A stretch of DNA of 64,000 nucleotides from Epithemia pelagica (GCA_946965045.2 OX337240.1:2604001-2668000); one strand, 5' to 3'; counted from the stretch's first letter, positions 1 through 12,114 are shown. Notes: a model not told the origin generated them from the sequence alone. A program made the numbers and translations.

Positions 1-2923
1 CCATACTGTCTCTCACCACTTGCATGAACTTCGTCTTGTTGCCTTTCTTGTTTCTTGTCAAGCGTCGGAAGTATCGCTTCCCAAGACCCCATGCGTACTC
101 GATCCCTTCACCCGCCAGTTCGCAGTGGTATTTTGGTGTGACGAGGATTTCAAGGTTGCGAGAATATCGCTGCGAGAGATCAGCCGCCAGTTGTTCGAGG
201 GCTGATCTCTCATTCTTGAAGTCCTCGCACGATCCCATCAGGTAAGTCAAGGAATACTTCTTGTATTCCTCCATCTTGTCCTCACGGACCTGTCCTGAAC
301 CATCCAACCATGTCTTACTCATGTCCTTGCGGTATTCCTGGAGCTTGGTGGTGTCAATGAAACCACGCTCGCCCAGAACTTGGAAGAGACCCTTTGGTTG
401 CCCGAGCCAGCCCTGCTCCATGACAACTCGGTCTACCTCGGTTGGTAGCTGCCTTGCTGTCGAAATTGCCTGGAGCTGGTCAAGGGATTTGGAATGGTAG
501 GCTTGAAGTGCCCTGTCGCCATGTTGAGCTCCTTGTTGAATGTCATGGCGAATGAGCTCACCAATCAATTCTTTCTTGGACAGCTTGTGTTTCTTTGTTT
601 GATTGGTTGGGTGGTCGAACTTCATTCGTTGTCGTTGCTCCTCAGTGAGAGGAACACCCTTATAAGCAAATGGGCCAGGGTCCGCATCCGTGTATACCAT
701 GGATTGCTTCGACCCTGGCTGAAGACGATGAGGGTGTGGATATGGACCGATGCACTCAACAATTGTCTCATGCATTTTGGGTACCACTCCACCCCAATCC
801 TTGTTCATGGTCTTCTCGTTGAGCCCATCCTTCTGTTTTCGTCCATGACCGCTACTGTTGTCAAAGAGAAAAGCGAAATCAAAGGATGGATAGAGGACCA
901 TCAAACAATCAACCAAGTCCTCAAATTGGAGGGCCATGTGATCGTAGTTCCACCAGCCATCATTGTTGGATCCATAGTCAAAATACGTGCAGAACGCACT
1001 GGCATCCGTGATCTGCCGGATCCGCTTGCTGCTGCCACCAAGTACTTGACTGGCAGAGTCCTCGGCCAAGTACGTCTGCGCTCGACGAGATTGATTGATT
1101 GCCTCTAGCTTCTCGGGGGTGAGCAGGACAACTTCGCCTGAGTTGTCTGAATAGAACCCCCATGCGCGACTCACGAATGCACTAAGCATTAAACCGTGCC
1201 CGTCGTCTTTGGGCAAAAGAACTCCACGCCCTTTGTGGTCCCCCCAACTCTTCTTCGAGAAGGACCATTGCTTGAAAATGGCTTCATCTTGGCCAACAAG
1301 CACAACAGGACGACGCTCAGAAGGGAAACGATGCGACAAATTTCCTCCCAGCAGCTTGTTTTCATCTCTAATGTATGATGAAAACACATCAGGAAAACAA
1401 TCCACATGGTATTCTCGCATTGTTTGGTTCGTCGAAGGGTCTCGAAACTCGAAAGCCCAAACATCCTTCATGAGCTTTTCGGAGACACCCTCAATCTCCC
1501 CGTTTTCTAGTTTGATTGCTTGGTCGGATGGAATCTGAATCCATTGATGCGCAAGCTTTTCCAACTCGAAGTATTTCGAGATGAACTGCTTCCGGGCTTG
1601 AACATTGTCGGCGTCCTCGTGACGGTCCGTGTAGTATGTCTTCTTTGTTTCAGAGAATCGAAACCCAGCATATGTGAGAATCTTCCATGCCGCACCGACT
1701 GAAACACTGGGGAGATTCACTTTTTGACGGAACTCGTCCAACGTGAGCGGCTCTGTGGATGGCTCCCCATCTTCGGTGTCCGTCTGTTGCTCTTTTTTAT
1801 ATATCAATGGGATCAAACTGTCTCGAATGTACATGGCTGCCATCTCGCAGGAGAGGGTCTCCAGATGTTGGCTCGCCCACTTCTGCAGCAATGGGAGTGC
1901 TTCTGGATATTGAGCCAGAAAGCATGGGCACGGCTTCTTCCCAATCTGGATGTACCAGTTTGGATGCGGGAACTTGCCGCTGACCCGGAATGCAACGTTG
2001 GCTCTTTGCACAGTCCGCCAATTCTGCAGACCGCTTTTTGAGATTCTACTCCGTTCGGTTGCATATTTGCAACACGAAGTCCACGTGGCACCATCCTCCA
2101 TGGTGTGCAGGGCTCGCTCATACGCAAGCCTCAGCACCCGCATCCTCATAAGCATCTTTGGGACACAAGAGTTTGGCGGTGGCTCATCTTGGCCCTTGTT
2201 GACAAGAGTCAAAAAACAATCAAACCGTTGTTCCGCCATTTCAAGTGACTCAATCCACCGTTCCAGCTTCTTTCTCGTTGTCTCCTCATTCACTCTCGGA
2301 CCAAAGATTTTGCTCACAACGGGCCGGTCGAAGAAATCTACGGCAGAAGAGTCACTGGAGGCATTGGAATGCTCGTTGTTGTTGTTGTTTCCATTGTCGT
2401 TTCCTGTGCCTGTGGTTGTTGTTGTTGTGGTGGTTTCCAGTGCCTCTTCCAAAATCTGCTCTGGGCTTGGTGGTGATGACGCTGCCGTTGTGGCAGTTTC
2501 ATCATCCTTGATTGGTGTTGTGGGTTTCTTGCGTTTGTTCCTCCCTCCAATTCGAATCCGATTGTGGCTTATGAATTTAAGCCACTCGTCAATAGTGTGG
2601 TTGAATTGAGGTGGTGGATCGGTCTGACGAGCCGAAACATAGTAGAATATTTGTTTCCCACCTCGACGTCGCACCTCGTGGCGGTAGATACCCTTGGGAT
2701 TCCACTCTTGCGATAGGAAATGGAGTCGCCATTCACTACCTGAGCGCATTAAAGATCGATTCATCATTGTTGCGTCAGATAATTCCGGAATCCACTGCTT
2801 CAAGAAGACGGCAATCTCAGCGTCAATAATCCACCGGTTTGTCCAGAGGAAGCGCATTGGATGGCATCTGAAGCCAAATTCGTCGCATATGGTTGTGTAT
2901 GGCCCTGTATATGATTGAACCAT
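1..2923 (-). CDS. IS630/Tc1-mariner-related DDE transposase, 3'-truncated by the window edge (>974 aa)
   Basis: Manual translation gives an open frame from ATG 2923 (MVQSYTGPY...) to position 2, with GQDE (D codon 1288), FLFDNSSGH (D 862), GWLGQPKGLFQVLGERG and TPKYHCELAGEGIEYAWG (E 100). Absent from the ORF track, probably because there is no stop inside the window. Confidence 0.8.
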   Translation of the reverse strand, partial: MVQSYTGPYTTICDEFGFRCHPMRFLWTNRWIIDAEIAVFLKQWIPELSDATMMNRSLMRSGSEWRLHFLSQEWNPKGIYRHEVRRRGGKQIFYYVSARQTDPPPQFNHTIDEWLKFISHNRIRIGGRNKRKKPTTPIKDDETATTAASSPPSPEQILEEALETTTTTTTTGTGNDNGNNNNNEHSNASSDSSAVDFFDRPVVSKIFGPRVNEETTRKKLERWIESLEMAEQRFDCFLTLVNKGQDEPPPNSCVPKMLMRMRVLRLAYERALHTMEDGATWTSCCKYATERSRISKSGLQNWRTVQRANVAFRVSGKFPHPNWYIQIGKKPCPCFLAQYPEALPLLQKWASQHLETLSCEMAAMYIRDSLIPLIYKKEQQTDTEDGEPSTEPLTLDEFRQKVNLPSVSVGAAWKILTYAGFRFSETKKTYYTDRHEDADNVQARKQFISKYFELEKLAHQWIQIPSDQAIKLENGEIEGVSEKLMKDVWAFEFRDPSTNQTMREYHVDCFPDVFSSYIRDENKLLGGNLSHRFPSERRPVVLVGQDEAIFKQWSFSKKSWGDHKGRGVLLPKDDGHGLMLSAFVSRAWGFYSDNSGEVVLLTPEKLEAINQSRRAQTYLAEDSASQVLGGSSKRIRQITDASAFCTYFDYGSNNDGWWNYDHMALQFEDLVDCLMVLYPSFDFAFLFDNSSGHGRKQKDGLNEKTMNKDWGGVVPKMHETIVECIGPYPHPHRLQPGSKQSMVYTDADPGPFAYKGVPLTEEQRQRMKFDHPTNQTKKHKLSKKELIGELIRHDIQQGAQHGDRALQAYHSKSLDQLQAISTARQLPTEVDRVVMEQGWLGQPKGLFQVLGERGFIDTTKLQEYRKDMSKTWLDGSGQVREDKMEEYKKYSLTYLMGSCEDFKNERSALEQLAADLSQRYSRNLEILVTPKYHCELAGEGIEYAWGLGKRYFRRLTRNKKGNKTKFMQVVRDSM

Positions 2924-3884
2924 TTTGTCTGTTCGGGCACAGGCAGAGAGATGGAGGATGAGGGGACTGCCCACGATGTTCGACAGTAGCTACTTTCACT
3001 GCTCCTGGAGACTGAACCACAGGTCGAAATGCGCGACACCCCTATGATTTTCTACTACTTTTATATCTATCCTATCGATTAGGTTGGGTGGTGTTTCGCA
3101 TTTCGACCGGCGAATGGCCATCGTCGCATGAAGCGGTCACTAGTCGTTATTGCATTTTGCATTTTTCAATATGTGCGTGACAAAATGTGAGGAACACGAA
3201 AACCGTAAGTGATCCGAAACGCTGGGGAACTGTGGGCTAAAGTGTAGTATACAATTTCCCACTATGAAAAACTCATGCACTCCGCAACGTGAACCAGCTT
3301 GTAGAACCGCGCCTTGTCCCCCATTCATCCCCCATTTCCCCCCCATTTTCACTTGAATAAATTGAATACTTAAATAATTCTCATAGAATCGTGACGTACA
3401 CAGGACGCACCGACCGTTGGAGCTGAACGCCAGTCCATCAATACTCTTGAGCGTTATGAACAATTTCACATTCATACACTGTCTTAACGATTTGCACATC
3501 TGAAACGCCTTCTACTTTCGTTGGCCTACAATACGAAAGTTAGCGCCAACCCCGAAAGCTGAAAAGCAACAGTACCCGGATATAAGAGGTAAAATGATGA
3601 CGTGTCAGCTTTCAACTTTCGCTACTTTCGTAGAGGCTTAAGGGTCAGCCTCACAGACGGATGGACACGCACACGCACGGGGACCGGTCTACCAAGAAAG
3701 TCGAACTAGCAAGGCCAGGTGCAGGTGCCTTTCTTAGGAGTAGGTGCTTGTCAAGACTGCGCTCGTGCCACAATGAGAAGCAACCCAAGCCACCACGTGT
3801 CGGTCGACCTAAGACTTTATGGATTACACAACACATGTGCTTCCTGTTTACAAGCCATTTATCTGACCGGAACAGCGCCCCTAA

Positions 3885-4373
3885 GGCCGTTCCTTGATAT
3901 TCTGCAAAAACAAAAATCGACACATGACATCACCTTTTTGTAGACAATTGCGCGACACGCCGTCCTTTGGCATTTACAAAACCAAAACCTATAACCGCAC
4001 TTTTTCCCCCAAGGCCCCCAATAGTCCCCATATTCACTTTGATGATTTGAATACTACAATTATCAAAGTAAGACATTAGGAGGACGTTCCGTCTTCCTCT
4101 TCATTGAGGTTAGGGGGACCGTTGGAGTCGAACGCGCGCCGTTCAAATCCTAAACCGTCATTTTTGTTTCTGTTAGGCCCAATGTACACTAGCAAGAAGA
4201 AAGCACTATCCCTAATGTCTGTTCAGCTTTTGCCGGCCTGCAAAAGTTGGACCCAACTTTTGCAGCCTCAAAAGCTGAAACAGCGTCGAACCCGGATTTG
4301 ACGCCATATTTCCGGGTTTTTTGTGACGTGTCACCCTCCAACTTTTGTTTTTGCAGAAGATCAAGGAACGGCC
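3885..4373. mobile_element. PIF/Harbinger-type (Tourist-like) MITE, 489 bp
   Basis: 31-bp TIRs GGCCGTTCCTTGAT(A/C)TTCTGCAAAAACAAAA with 1 mismatch; TAA TSD at 3882-3884 and 4374-4376; empty site CCCTAATGCC in the paralogous segment near 7300. Confidence 0.85.
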
Positions 4374-5491
4374 TAATACCAAAGGATGCATTAGAGTGAC
4401 TCGTGTTTGTAATTCGTACCAGGGCCGAATATTGAAACTTGTCAAACGTTGTGTTGGGGATCCTCTTGTTGCGAACTCGTGAACCTGTCTCTTGGAGAGA
4501 ATACATGGTCGTATAGCGATGACAGACCCGGAATCAAGTCCCAACAAATCAGAGAGGGATGGTTGATCCTGATGCGAACAAGATAGAAGGAGACGGTAGA
4601 GCGTTAAGGAACGACATCGGTGATATGGATGTGAGGATAGCACGTACCAGATGATGAGATTGAGAACGATCGGAAGGGTAGCTATTGGTGGTAGCTGTGC
4701 GAATCCATTCGTATTTTCATCATCACCTTACAGTCGGTGACACGGCGTGATAGCTTTCCCGATATTGAAGGTACGAAAATCATGGCCAATTGGTGTTGCT
4801 GCTGGAATGAACATATCGTAGAACAGTACCAACTCAGGACGTGCACTATCATCACGAATCATGGACGATCCACGGGATTTTCACACGACCACAGAAAGGT
4901 GCCTACAGAGGGGTCTCCAGAAGAGGAACCAGCATTGATAACCCAACGGTGACCTCTAAAATGATCCAGACCAAAGAAACCATCAGTTTCTAACGCTAGT
5001 AAAACAGACATCTCTTTACACCGTCCCTCGTTCGTGATGTTGGTCACCGCTTTGACGTATCTATTCGTGGAGTCTTTTGCGGCTGGCTGATTCCGAAAAT
5101 AGAGTCAATGTAATGAAAGGGGGCTAACATCTCACATATCTGGACCACATACGCGTCGATGACGAGAAAGGTCTGTTGTCTGTTCTCTGTTTGTCGTTGA
5201 GATGTTATGTGTCTCTAGAGCTATTGAAACCACCTAAAAGTTCGCCCGGCGCGAGAGTCATTGTCATGACCAAAAATAGGAGATAAGCCCTCATTGAGTA
5301 AAATCTCGTCTTGTTTCTTGTTGACAACAATACTTTGTCAGTGCCATGACTCCCCAAAAAAATCCTAGAGGATAGAAGTACTCCTTGCAATCATATCAGA
5401 GTAGAATAACAGTTGATCTACGAGATATCGTGATGACGAGACAGAAGCGTTTCCATCGGTCAGATTGTGGCGCTGTGGTTGCGGCAGTCGA

Positions 5492-6616
5492 TTAGAGGGT
5501 GCTGCCATAAATGGCTTGTTCGGCCCACAATGGCAATACAAAAGAGGCCGTTTGGAGGCCCGGATGATAGTACTTGGTGGATATAGATCGGAACCGTTCG
5601 TAGGTGGCTTGCGTGGTGGATCGTGATTGTTCGATGGGACTCTTGTCACATAGTAAAAATCCTATTTGTCCCGTCGGATAAGAGGCAATGGACACAGAAC
5701 CATAACGACATTGAGAAAAGCCAGTGTCCATGGCCGATTTCCTCCAAGCAGCAACTCCTTCCAGATCTGAAGGAATTTGCAACATTTCGGCTTGAAAGAC
5801 AAAGATTCCATTGTCAGGCTCCAACAAACTGTAGACATGCTGCAAGTGCTGTTGCGTATACAACACACTACTGGGAAGTGCCTGTTTGCGTACATGTCCC
5901 TCTTCTTCTTCGGTGGTCGTCCAGGGGTCGGAGGAATCTTGAATAATGACATCGTACGTGACATTTCCCAAGGCAGCTTGTTTTCGACAATAGGCCGCAC
6001 CATCAGTAATGTGCAATCGGACTCGAGGGTCATCCCACTTGTTCCATTGCGGAAAATACTGTTTGCAAACACCAATCACATGACCATCCAAATCCACATG
6101 ATCTACGTGTTCCACTGAAGAGTGCTTGAGGACTTCGGACACAACATGGCCATCTCCACCACCAATCACCAAGACTCGACGAGGATGCGCATGTTGAAAC
6201 AGAGCGACATGAGCCATCATTTCATTGTAGGCTGCCGCATCGCCTTCAGCCAATTGCAAGACACCGTCCAATACCAGAATGCGACCATAATATGGCTTGG
6301 CCGATTCATAAACTTGAATTCGTTGATAGCGAGAGGTCGTATCTACCAGCTTATGCGATACTTGAATTGATTGGGAAAACCCAGTCTCTTCGATACCTTC
6401 ACCCACGGACTGGACTGGTGGGAGAGCGGTGGAGGGCGCGGGAGCAGATGTCCCAAGAATGGATGGAAGAAAGCACATGCATGACACTAGCGCCCAAAAG
6501 AGCATGACATAATGGATGGTAGACACGGCGGGGGATGGTCCTTTGGGTTGCGAGGAAATCATGAGGAGCGATTGGTCTCCTTTGTTTTCATCAGGCATGC
6601 GTTTGGAGCTGCACAT
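5492..6616 (-). CDS. Spermidine synthase-family aminopropyltransferase, copy 1 (374 aa, N-terminal hydrophobic segment)
   Basis: Motifs YGRILVLDGVLQL, YNEMMAH, VLVIGGGDG, VDLD, DVIIQDSSDP, YPTGQIGF; hydrophobic stretch HYVMLFWALVSCMCFLPSILG. Confidence 0.93.
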   Translation of the reverse strand: MCSSKRMPDENKGDQSLLMISSQPKGPSPAVSTIHYVMLFWALVSCMCFLPSILGTSAPAPSTALPPVQSVGEGIEETGFSQSIQVSHKLVDTTSRYQRIQVYESAKPYYGRILVLDGVLQLAEGDAAAYNEMMAHVALFQHAHPRRVLVIGGGDGHVVSEVLKHSSVEHVDHVDLDGHVIGVCKQYFPQWNKWDDPRVRLHITDGAAYCRKQAALGNVTYDVIIQDSSDPWTTTEEEEGHVRKQALPSSVLYTQQHLQHVYSLLEPDNGIFVFQAEMLQIPSDLEGVAAWRKSAMDTGFSQCRYGSVSIASYPTGQIGFLLCDKSPIEQSRSTTQATYERFRSISTKYYHPGLQTASFVLPLWAEQAIYGSTL

Positions 6617-8238
6617 TTTGGATGATTATATTCTTATTTCTTATTGTTCTTGATCAGAGGGAAGAAAGAAACAATGAGAAAAGACACTTTCCATTGACGC
6701 AATCGAATAATATGAGGATGTAAGATGGAAAACATAGGAGTAGATCAAATGGCGAACCACAAACCACAGCTCGCTTTACAAGTTCGAAGAGTAGCCTTTC
6801 GTTCTTGATTGGGTCTTTCCAAGCGTCTGCGCGCCTATAGGTATTTGAAAAAGACAGAGCGTTGAACGGACATGGTCACACCTCCGCGGTCTATGTTTGT
6901 TGGATTTAGATTAATATTATGGAATGTATTACCATATAGCGCTAGATTTCTATTTAAATAACGTTCGGCGTATGTGGAAGGCCCGTAGGCGTGACAGTCG
7001 CTTACAAGACACCGCCAAGCTCCCCTCAATTTTTTACTCGAAGGTCCTCGCACGGGGACCGGTCTACCAAGAAAGTCGAACTACCAAGGCAAGGTGGAGG
7101 TGCCTTTCTTAGGTGCCTGTCAAGACTGCGCTCGTGCCACAATTAGAAGCAACCCAAGCCACCACGTGTCGGTCGACCTAAGACTTTTATGTGGTTACAA
7201 TACGTTATGGGTGTGGCTATACTTTTTTGGATTACACAACACATTTGCTTTCTGTTTACAAGCCATTTATCTGACCGGAACAGCAACAACTCCGTGCCCC
7301 TAATGCCAAAGGATGCATTAGAGTGACTCGTGTTTGTAATTCGTACCAGGGCCGAATATTGAAACTTGTCAAACCTTGTGTTGGTGATCCTCTTGTTGCG
7401 AACTCGTGAACCTGTCTCTTGGAGAGAATACATGGTCGTATAGCGATGAAAGACCCGGAATCAAGTCCCAACAAATCAGAGAGGGATGGTTGATCCTGAT
7501 GGGAACGAGATAGAAGGAGACGGTAGAGCGTTAAGGAACGACATCGGTGATATGGATGTGGGGATAACACGTACCAGATGATGAGATTGAGAACGATCGG
7601 AAGGGTAGCTATTGGTGGTAGCTGTGCGAATCCATTCGTATTTTTATCATCACCTTACAGTCGGTGACACGGCGTGATAGCTTTCTCGATATTGCAGGGA
7701 CGAAAATCATGGCCAATTGGTGTTGCTGCTGGAATGAACATATCGTAGAACAGTACCAACTCAGGACGTGCACTATCATCACGAATCATGGACGATCCAC
7801 GGGATTTTCACACGACCACAGAAAGGTGCCTACAGAGGGGTCTCCAGAAGAGGAACCAGCATTGATTACCCAACGGTGACGTCTAAAATGATCTAGGTAG
7901 ACCAAAGAAACAAACAGTTTCTAACGATAGTATAACAGACATCTATTTCCACCGTCCCTCGTTCGTGATGTTGGTCACTGCTTTGACGTATCTATTCGTG
8001 GAGTCTTTTGCGGCTGGCTGATTCCGAAAAAAGATTCAAGGTTATGAAAGGGAGCTCACATCTCACATATCTGGACCACATACGCGTCGATGACGAGAAA
8101 GGTCTGTTGTCTGTTTTCTGTTTGTCGTTGAGATGTTATGATGTGTCTCTCGAGCTATTGAAACCACCTAAAAGTTCGCCCGGCGCGAGAGTCATTGTCA
8201 TGACCAAAAAAAAGGTAAGCCCTCATTAACGCCATTCG

Positions 8239-8298
8239 TAAGCGAGTAGCGTATAGCTGTCTCCCATATAAGCGAGACAGCTATACGCTACTCGCTTA
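8239..8298. repeat. Perfect 25-bp-arm subterminal hairpin at the piggyBac left end
   Basis: TAAGCGAGTAGCGTATAGCTGTCTC, 10-nt loop, GAGACAGCTATACGCTACTCGCTTA. Confidence 0.9.
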
Positions 8299-8960
8299 AC
8301 TTCGACTTTCATTAACTTCATCAAAAACCAAAGTCTGTCAAATCTGACTTCTTCGTTGGAAAGATCTTGAAATTCTGAATAACTTCATATATGATAGTCT
8401 ACAGTAAATACACAGTCATTAGCGTGATATTTTGCTTTGAAAAATTGACGATTTTCCTCAATTTTGTTCATTTCGATCATCCTTCGCCCATGGCCCAACT
8501 TTGTACTCTTATACATATCTACCATTTGGGCCGATCGTTGCAGGATTCTCCATTCCGACGGTCCATATAGTGAAGAAGACGTCCACGAAAGGCAATGTCG
8601 TCTGCAGTTGTACCTACGGAGAACGACGATCACGAGTCCTCACAGCCGAATTCGTCACAGTCACTCCTCGATGAAGATACTGATCAACCCGTCGCACCTC
8701 AAGCCCATACCTATCCAGATTCTGACCAACCTATTGGTAGAGATCATCACCAACCTCATGTTGACAATGATCAAGATGATGCTGTCGCTATTTCTGCATC
8801 ACCACAACCAATAGCGAATGCGGATGGCGAGCCACCCGTCGATGCTGAGTGACCTGTTCCACCTCCACCTCCACACCCAGTCGGAAATATTGCACAAGGA
8901 CAAGAAACAAATACCGAGACACAAGAACTATTACCCGAAGGGGAAAGTCTTCCGGCCCAT

Positions 8961-11900
8961 TTGCCCGGACGAGGTCAATCCACTAAGCCACGTTCCCGAT
9001 CTAGCTACTCGAAACGGTATCTCGTTTCACCTGACGATTTTTCGATTCATCCAAACTTCCACGAGGAATTTTGTCGTCGCTTTCGTCCCAACCCTACAAA
9101 CCGTCCTATAAATCTCGTTGGGAAAACTGCAGAGTGTCCTACGAAGAAGAATGGAAATGTATATTCCATTGTATGGGACAATTCAACACTCTCATCTCTC
9201 GAGGTTCCACAGAATTGGATCAAATCTCAATTCACCTCCAACTCTACAGTAAAAGACAAACTTCGTCAATGTATTCAAGAGTACAACCCAAGTCAACATG
9301 GCCGGGGAAACCAACCATCTCAAACACAACAATCGCAACAAACAAGCCAGTTGCAAACGCACCAACCAAACCAAACTTCTGTGGTGGTGACTCAACAGAA
9401 CAATTCTATGAACAACAACAATGCACAACCTCGTGTTGTTCAGCGTCGCGGATCAACACAACAGCCTCCACCTCCTTCCACAGCAGAGCGCGCACGACAC
9501 CGAGCCGCAATCAGGAATGTTCCAGAATCTTCTCTTAGACGCTCTCCTCGCCGTCATTCTCGTCGCAGCTCAACATCCAACCCGCCATCCACTCAAGAAA
9601 GAGCCCAAGGGCGGGCAGCTCTAATGACTGCTCCTAACGGCGGCCCTTCTCCGTCAGAAAATGGGAACGATGAAAACAACGATACTCCAACCACCCAAGT
9701 TCCAACCCGTCTTTTCGGCAGTACAAGTACTTCTGTCTCTACAAGAGCTACGGCAGCTGCACGGCGACAGCGTCGACAGGAAGAAAACACAGAAGACGAT
9801 GCATCAGAGAATGGGGAAGATTCTTCGTCTGACGAGGACGACAATGGTGGGTATGAACTGGATTTCAATGCCACAGTTGATAGGAATGTCGATCCCTTAG
9901 ATGACTATGACGACAATGATGACAATAATGAAGACGAAGAAAATGTTGTCCAAAGCGACGACTCGGAATCAACAGACGACGACGATGATCCCAACAATTC
10001 AACAAATCTGAAAGTGCTCATAGACAATCTACAATGGCACTACCGGACCGTTGATCAGTCAGACAGTGTTTTCGACTGGGTGGGACAAGAACGACACCAT
10101 CGATCAATGTTTCGAGGAAGTGACGGGTTGAAGGCCGGTGTTGCAAATTCGTTCAATACTCCCTTTGATTGTTTGCGCAATGTTGGTGGACTTTCGAAGT
10201 CTCTGATTTCGGACATGGCAGCAGCAACCAATCGTTACTTCCATCAAAAAATCCGTCCTAAGCTCATGGGTCGGCGTGGTTATTTTCACTCACAGAAGTG
10301 GAAGGATGTCACTATCCAAGAAATGACAAGGTTTCTTGGTATCATCTTGATGATGTCGTTGAGACCACTCGACAGTGGTGGTTATGCATCCTATTTCAAC
10401 ACCTCCAATCGAATGTACAGTCTTGGCACTGCCATCCCATCGGTAGAAATTCTCGACAGTACCGGCTGGGCGTCTAAGTACATGCGTTTGGCTCGGTTTC
10501 GCCAAATAAGGGGAGCCTTCCATCCCGAATCAAAAGGCGCCGCACGTGGGGGGGGACAAATGCTACCAGTTGCGTAAACTTATACAGGCAGTCAATGCAG
10601 CTTCGAAGAGGTCTTTTATCATTCCTCAAGATCTTTCGTTTGATGAAGGTGGAATTGGTTGTCGGTCTAGATACTGTCCAGTGCGTCAGTACAACAAGGA
10701 CAAACCTGCCAAATTCCGAGTTGATTTCTTTATTTTGGCGTCGTCTACAAGTTACGCTATTTTACACATGGATGTGTATCAAGGCAAAAATGCCACGAAC
10801 TCCTACATCAGGCATGAAGCACGGCGCCTTCCTACTACGATGAAGGCTGTTGTTAACGCTTGCTATGCGTTGGAGCTAAACAAGGAGACCAATGGCTTCA
10901 GGCATTTGTCTATGGATAATAGATATGCGGCACCACAACTTCTTGTGATTCTACGAGATCGCCTCAAAGTTCTTGCCACCGGAACAGTACGAGTCAACAG
11001 GGTCGGTTGGAGCAAATCACTGATGAATCTGAAAAAAACAAAAACCAACCGAGGCACAATGAAGCTTGCACATGACAAAGTAAATGGTGTTATCATTGGA
11101 CAATGGGTTGACTCCAAAGTTGTTAACTTTGCGTCGACATACGAGAACATTGGTACCAGACAAGTGCGACGTCAAGTGGGCCCAAACAAGGAAAGCTTCA
11201 ACTGCCCACAAATGCTGATTCGATACCAGACTAACATGGGTGGAATCGACAATGGTGACCAAATGAGGTGCCATATGGGCGGTTTTGCCACCCATGTCCA
11301 CTTCAAGAAATGGTATAAGAAAGCCGGTCTGGGGATCATGGACATCATGCTACTGAATTTGTTCATTGCATGGAACATGTCCGCTGGTGACAGGGTACGG
11401 TCCAGACGCACGAAGCTATCAAGGCACGAGTTCTACACAGTTGTCGCTCAGGAGATGTGCAGTTATGTGCATGCAGACGAAGTTGATGCATTGGCTCGAC
11501 GGACTGGAGAACAGAGAAACACCGCATGCGAGGATGGTCACTACCCGGTTCCCATTGATACTTCGAAACGGATGGGATGTGCCGTTTGTTTGTTGGAGCA
11601 TCGGTGGAAACGTAAGGAGATTGGAATGAAAGGTCTGTTTTCAAATGTAGGCCAATGTGCCAAGTGCGGAATTGTGGCACACCTGGTGTCATGTAAGGAC
11701 GACCGGGAGGATGGATGGAAAATTCATAAGCTACCACAATTCGCGAACCATACTTGCTTTGAAATCCTCCATTCGACACATGGCAGGGAAATGTTTATGT
11801 GTCGTTCAACAAGTGGCGAGGATGGCAGATACAAGTACACAACAAAAAAAAACCACCCTTTTATAATGGCCTTGCGAGAAAAGCATGGTTTGTCCCCAGA

Positions 11901-12048
11901 ATACACAAGGAAAAGACGACGCAGTACTGGCAGTGAAAACATGCAAGAGGACAATGAGGAAGCCAATGACAACAACGGAAACAAGAACGACAACAACGAC
12001 GACACTGAAAGCAATGAAGACGAAACCACCGATATCCATGAACTGTAA
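8961..12048 (+). CDS. piggyBac transposase, split by a +1 frameshift in a G8 run near 10548-10555
   Basis: ORFs 8961-10577 and 10546-12048 join as ...GAARGGDKCYQLR if one G is removed; catalytic LSFDEGG, LSMDNRY, GGIDNGDQ; C-terminal Cys-rich CAVC...CAKC...H domain. Confidence 0.9.
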
Positions 12049-12114
12049 AGACAATACTAATCTAAGTAAAGAAGAGAGCATTTCGTAGTTCTCAGTACAT
12101 GTTTAGTAGGCTAT

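Larger units (their letters stand above)
3674..6620 (+). repeat. Segmental duplication, unit A (non-coding flank plus spermidine synthase copy 1)
   Basis: Colinear high identity to 7049-8229 + 12963-13239 + 19525-20930 once the piggyBac and Copia insertions are removed. Confidence 0.85.

Noticed and set aside
494-2609. Plus-strand ORFs 494-1108 and 1950-2609 and similar antisense ORFs over gag/pol, MLO and CAP genes
   Set aside because: These are shadows of real genes on the opposite strand, with no motifs of their own.
3500-3650. Second Harbinger MITE ending ...AAGGGTCAGCC
   Set aside because: No matching left TIR or TSD was found.
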